From Haliotis rubra (lineage: Eukaryota), in assembly GCF_003918875.1 (NCBI RefSeq), contig NW_025767293.1, positions 186,001 to 250,000 of the forward strand: a stretch of 64,000 nt of DNA. Direction: 5' to 3'. Both the position numbers and the translations under genes were made by a program. This document shows, piece after piece, positions 61,487 through 64,000 of this stretch (positions are counted from its first letter, which is position 1; each line of letters starts with the position of its first letter). A model generated the notes under the pieces. That model was not told the DNA's origin and did no database searches. It was given only the letters and a program-made list of their open reading frames with translations.

Positions 61487-62520
61487 TACGAGAGGAGGTC
61501 AAAAAGTTTTGATTATCTGATGTACAATTAACAGTTAGAGCAGGTTTCGAACTTTTTAGTCTTTTCACTGGTCCTTAAACCAAGCTTCTGTTGTAGCCTT
61601 GATTTCATTATTGGCAAATCGACTTCCACGCAAGTCAGACTTTAAATTTCGAAACAGGCTATAATCACGAATCCAGGACAAACCCCCCCAAAAAAACAAA
61701 AAACAAACAACAAACAAACAAACAAAACAAACGAACAAAAAAATAAAAACCCAACAACAACAACAAAACAAAGCACCCCGGACATTAACACACACACACA
61801 CCCACCCCCCACCCCAACCCCCATCCTTAAAATAATACGGACAAACAAAATCCCCTACTCATCACTAGCTTTAGCTTTAGATTAAAGGTTCTACTGATCT
61901 TTGATCAACACTTAATCCCCAGATTTCTTGCATGGCATTGGCTGCTGTATCCGAACTGATGTTTGAACTGATGTTTGAAATAATGGGATGATGTGCTATG
62001 ATCCACTAATATAACTGATAAATGAATAATTGTATACACATTGGCATTGTATCAAAATGTCACATAATGTATGAATAATTGTATGCTCATTGCCATTCTA
62101 TACATATGTCAACACAAAATATATGTGCTATGAATGATGGGGAAAATGTGCTCAAAATATGTGCTATGTGCTCTTTGACCTTGTTGAATGTTGAAATATT
62201 GATAAATATATAAATGGATATAATCCGGGGGGATTTTGTCCGGTTACCATAATCGAGTGCCAGGTCAGGATTGTACACATGGATTCTGCTTGCATTGGTG
62301 TGAGGACATGAACTACAGCTGTGTACTTAGTTTTAGAATTCTCCATGATATCAGTAGGGTATTGCTCTTCCAGTTATCACAATATTAATACTGTTTGTTG
62401 CGAGGTGTTGAAAAATTCATAGGTATCTCGTGAATGATCAATGTATGCAATACTACTAGCGGCGTAGCTGTTTCACAATTTAAGTAGTAAGTTCTCAAAA
62501 CTTTTTGACCTCCCCTCGTA
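61487..62520 (-). mobile_element. Decayed mariner-type element
   Basis: TIRs tacgag(a/g)ggaggtcaaaaagtttt; C-terminal remnant DYSLFRNLKSDLRGSRFANNEIKATTEAWFKDQ. Confidence 0.85.
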
Positions 62521-62529
62521 CCTGGTGGT

Positions 62530-63110
62530 GACAAAAAATGCATAGCTATATAGATAGCTGCATAGATATATAATTGCAGCTTTCCTTGATAATGAAAAGG
62601 CCTTCGATAGAATATGACTCTTCTACAAACTGCATAACTTAGGAATACATGGTCATGTTTGGCACCTACTACACCAGTGTTACACAAATAGTATAGCATT
62701 TGTTTCTTATGGTGGTTAAAATTCAGATGTGTACATCAAGGAGTAGGACAGGGCAGAGTTATCTCAGCATGGTTTTTCCTTGTATTCATTAACGATCTTA
62801 TAACCTTGTTAAGACAAGCAAACTGTGGTATTCAAGTGTATGGCTTAAGTGTTCCAAGTGTCCTACTAGCAGATGACACAACGTTTGTCAGTACTTCGCC
62901 GAGGGGCTTACAATCCTTACTTGACGTTGTTCATGACTATGCTTCAAAATGGCGCCTGACCTGCAATCCATCCAAAAGTACCGTTACAACCTTCTCCAAG
63001 AGTAACCTCAAACACGTTACTTATGACCTAAAACTTGGACATCTCCACATTCCGAAATCTACCTCTACTGTGTATGGTGGTGTTTACCTTACAAGCAATC
63101 TTTCTTGAAA
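62530..63110 (+). mobile_element. Decayed LINE reverse-transcriptase fragment
   Basis: KAFDR, QGVGQGRVISAWFFLVFINDL, LLADDTTFVS, LQSLLD, KWRLTCNPSKS. Confidence 0.85.
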
Positions 63111-64000
63111 AGGAAGAGTTGACAAATATTGCCGTGTGGAAACAACATCAGTTCAGTGGGATACTTGCCCATGGAAGGTGTAGTGCAGGGGTTTGTGTAA
63201 TTCTGTGGGAATTTCATGTTAATTTTTGGAACCAATACTACTGTAATTGTAATCACTATTGTGCATGGATTCAGGAAAATCATGGTTCCATTTTTTCTGT
63301 TTGCTATAAGTGTCACTGTGGGGTGTTTGAATATGAGTTACCACAATTGCTTGCGACACCATTTCGAGAAAAACAAGTTTTCATAAACCTATCACAACAT
63401 AGTCATGTAGCATATCAAAAGGCAGTTTATGATGCATGATAAAGAGATAACCACATAATATTCTTCGAATTTCAATTTGGTGACATAAAATATGACAAAA
63501 TAAATTCATCAAATATTGTCTTTCCTTCATCGGACACCAACGTTGTAAGTATTGACCTGTCTTCATTGAAACCATTTATTCAATTAATGTATTCTCCCAT
63601 TCGTCCCATTATATATACTACCATGACACGCTTTTATAGTGATGCACAAGTGTCAAATCAGGCCTACCGGTACAGTAAGAATTGACACACTGACACTCGT
63701 GTCTGGGTAATTAAATGACAAATGACATAAAGCCAAATCTGCAGTCAATATAAACTGAATGTATTAATACAGGAGTGACAAATTATATCACAGTGAACAA
63801 ATAACTACATATTGCAAGTGGGGTATGCACTATATTTGCACATGCTTTACAGCAATTTGATGCATGATCCTCGTGCAGTTCATCTGCATAACGTTTGCAG
63901 GTGGTTCCCTAAAATTATTGGAGAAATTCATAGTCCATGTAACCGCACGCACACACACACACATACACACTAACACACACACAGAGATAACATATAGTGA

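Overview
Eukaryotic, AT-rich, repeat-dense invertebrate DNA with one assembly gap. It is probably a gastropod mollusc such as Haliotis; this is inferred from the SINE families and not verified. The ORF track misses most genes because they are spliced. Reading GT-AG junctions and intron phases by hand gives four results. (1) A complete 14-exon minus-strand gene (20667->7254, about 594 aa) for a type I membrane protein: signal peptide, 11 one-exon EGF-like modules, TM segment and a 43-aa tyrosine-free tail (MEGF10/Draper/SCARF-like ectodomain). (2) Two divergently oriented paralogous genes (33060->28642 minus, about 706 aa; 40197->41874 plus, about 449 aa). Each has almost no ectodomain, one TM helix, juxtamembrane Cys (CxxC in one) and a long low-complexity tail rich in SH2-type tyrosine motifs, plus SH3-type proline motifs mainly in the first. 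This is the architecture of vertebrate transmembrane adaptor proteins (LAT/NTAL/PAG/LIME). (3) Signal-peptide first exons of two more genes near the window ends. (4) Two abundant SINE families sharing one 3' tail (one has a non-tRNA head that can form a pseudoknot), degenerate LINEs, nested Tc1/mariner/Kolobok-like elements, MITEs, minisatellites and local duplications. The best candidate new system is a clustered pair of ectodomain-less signalling adaptors beside a receptor whose tail has no tyrosine. Functional coupling between them is inference only.
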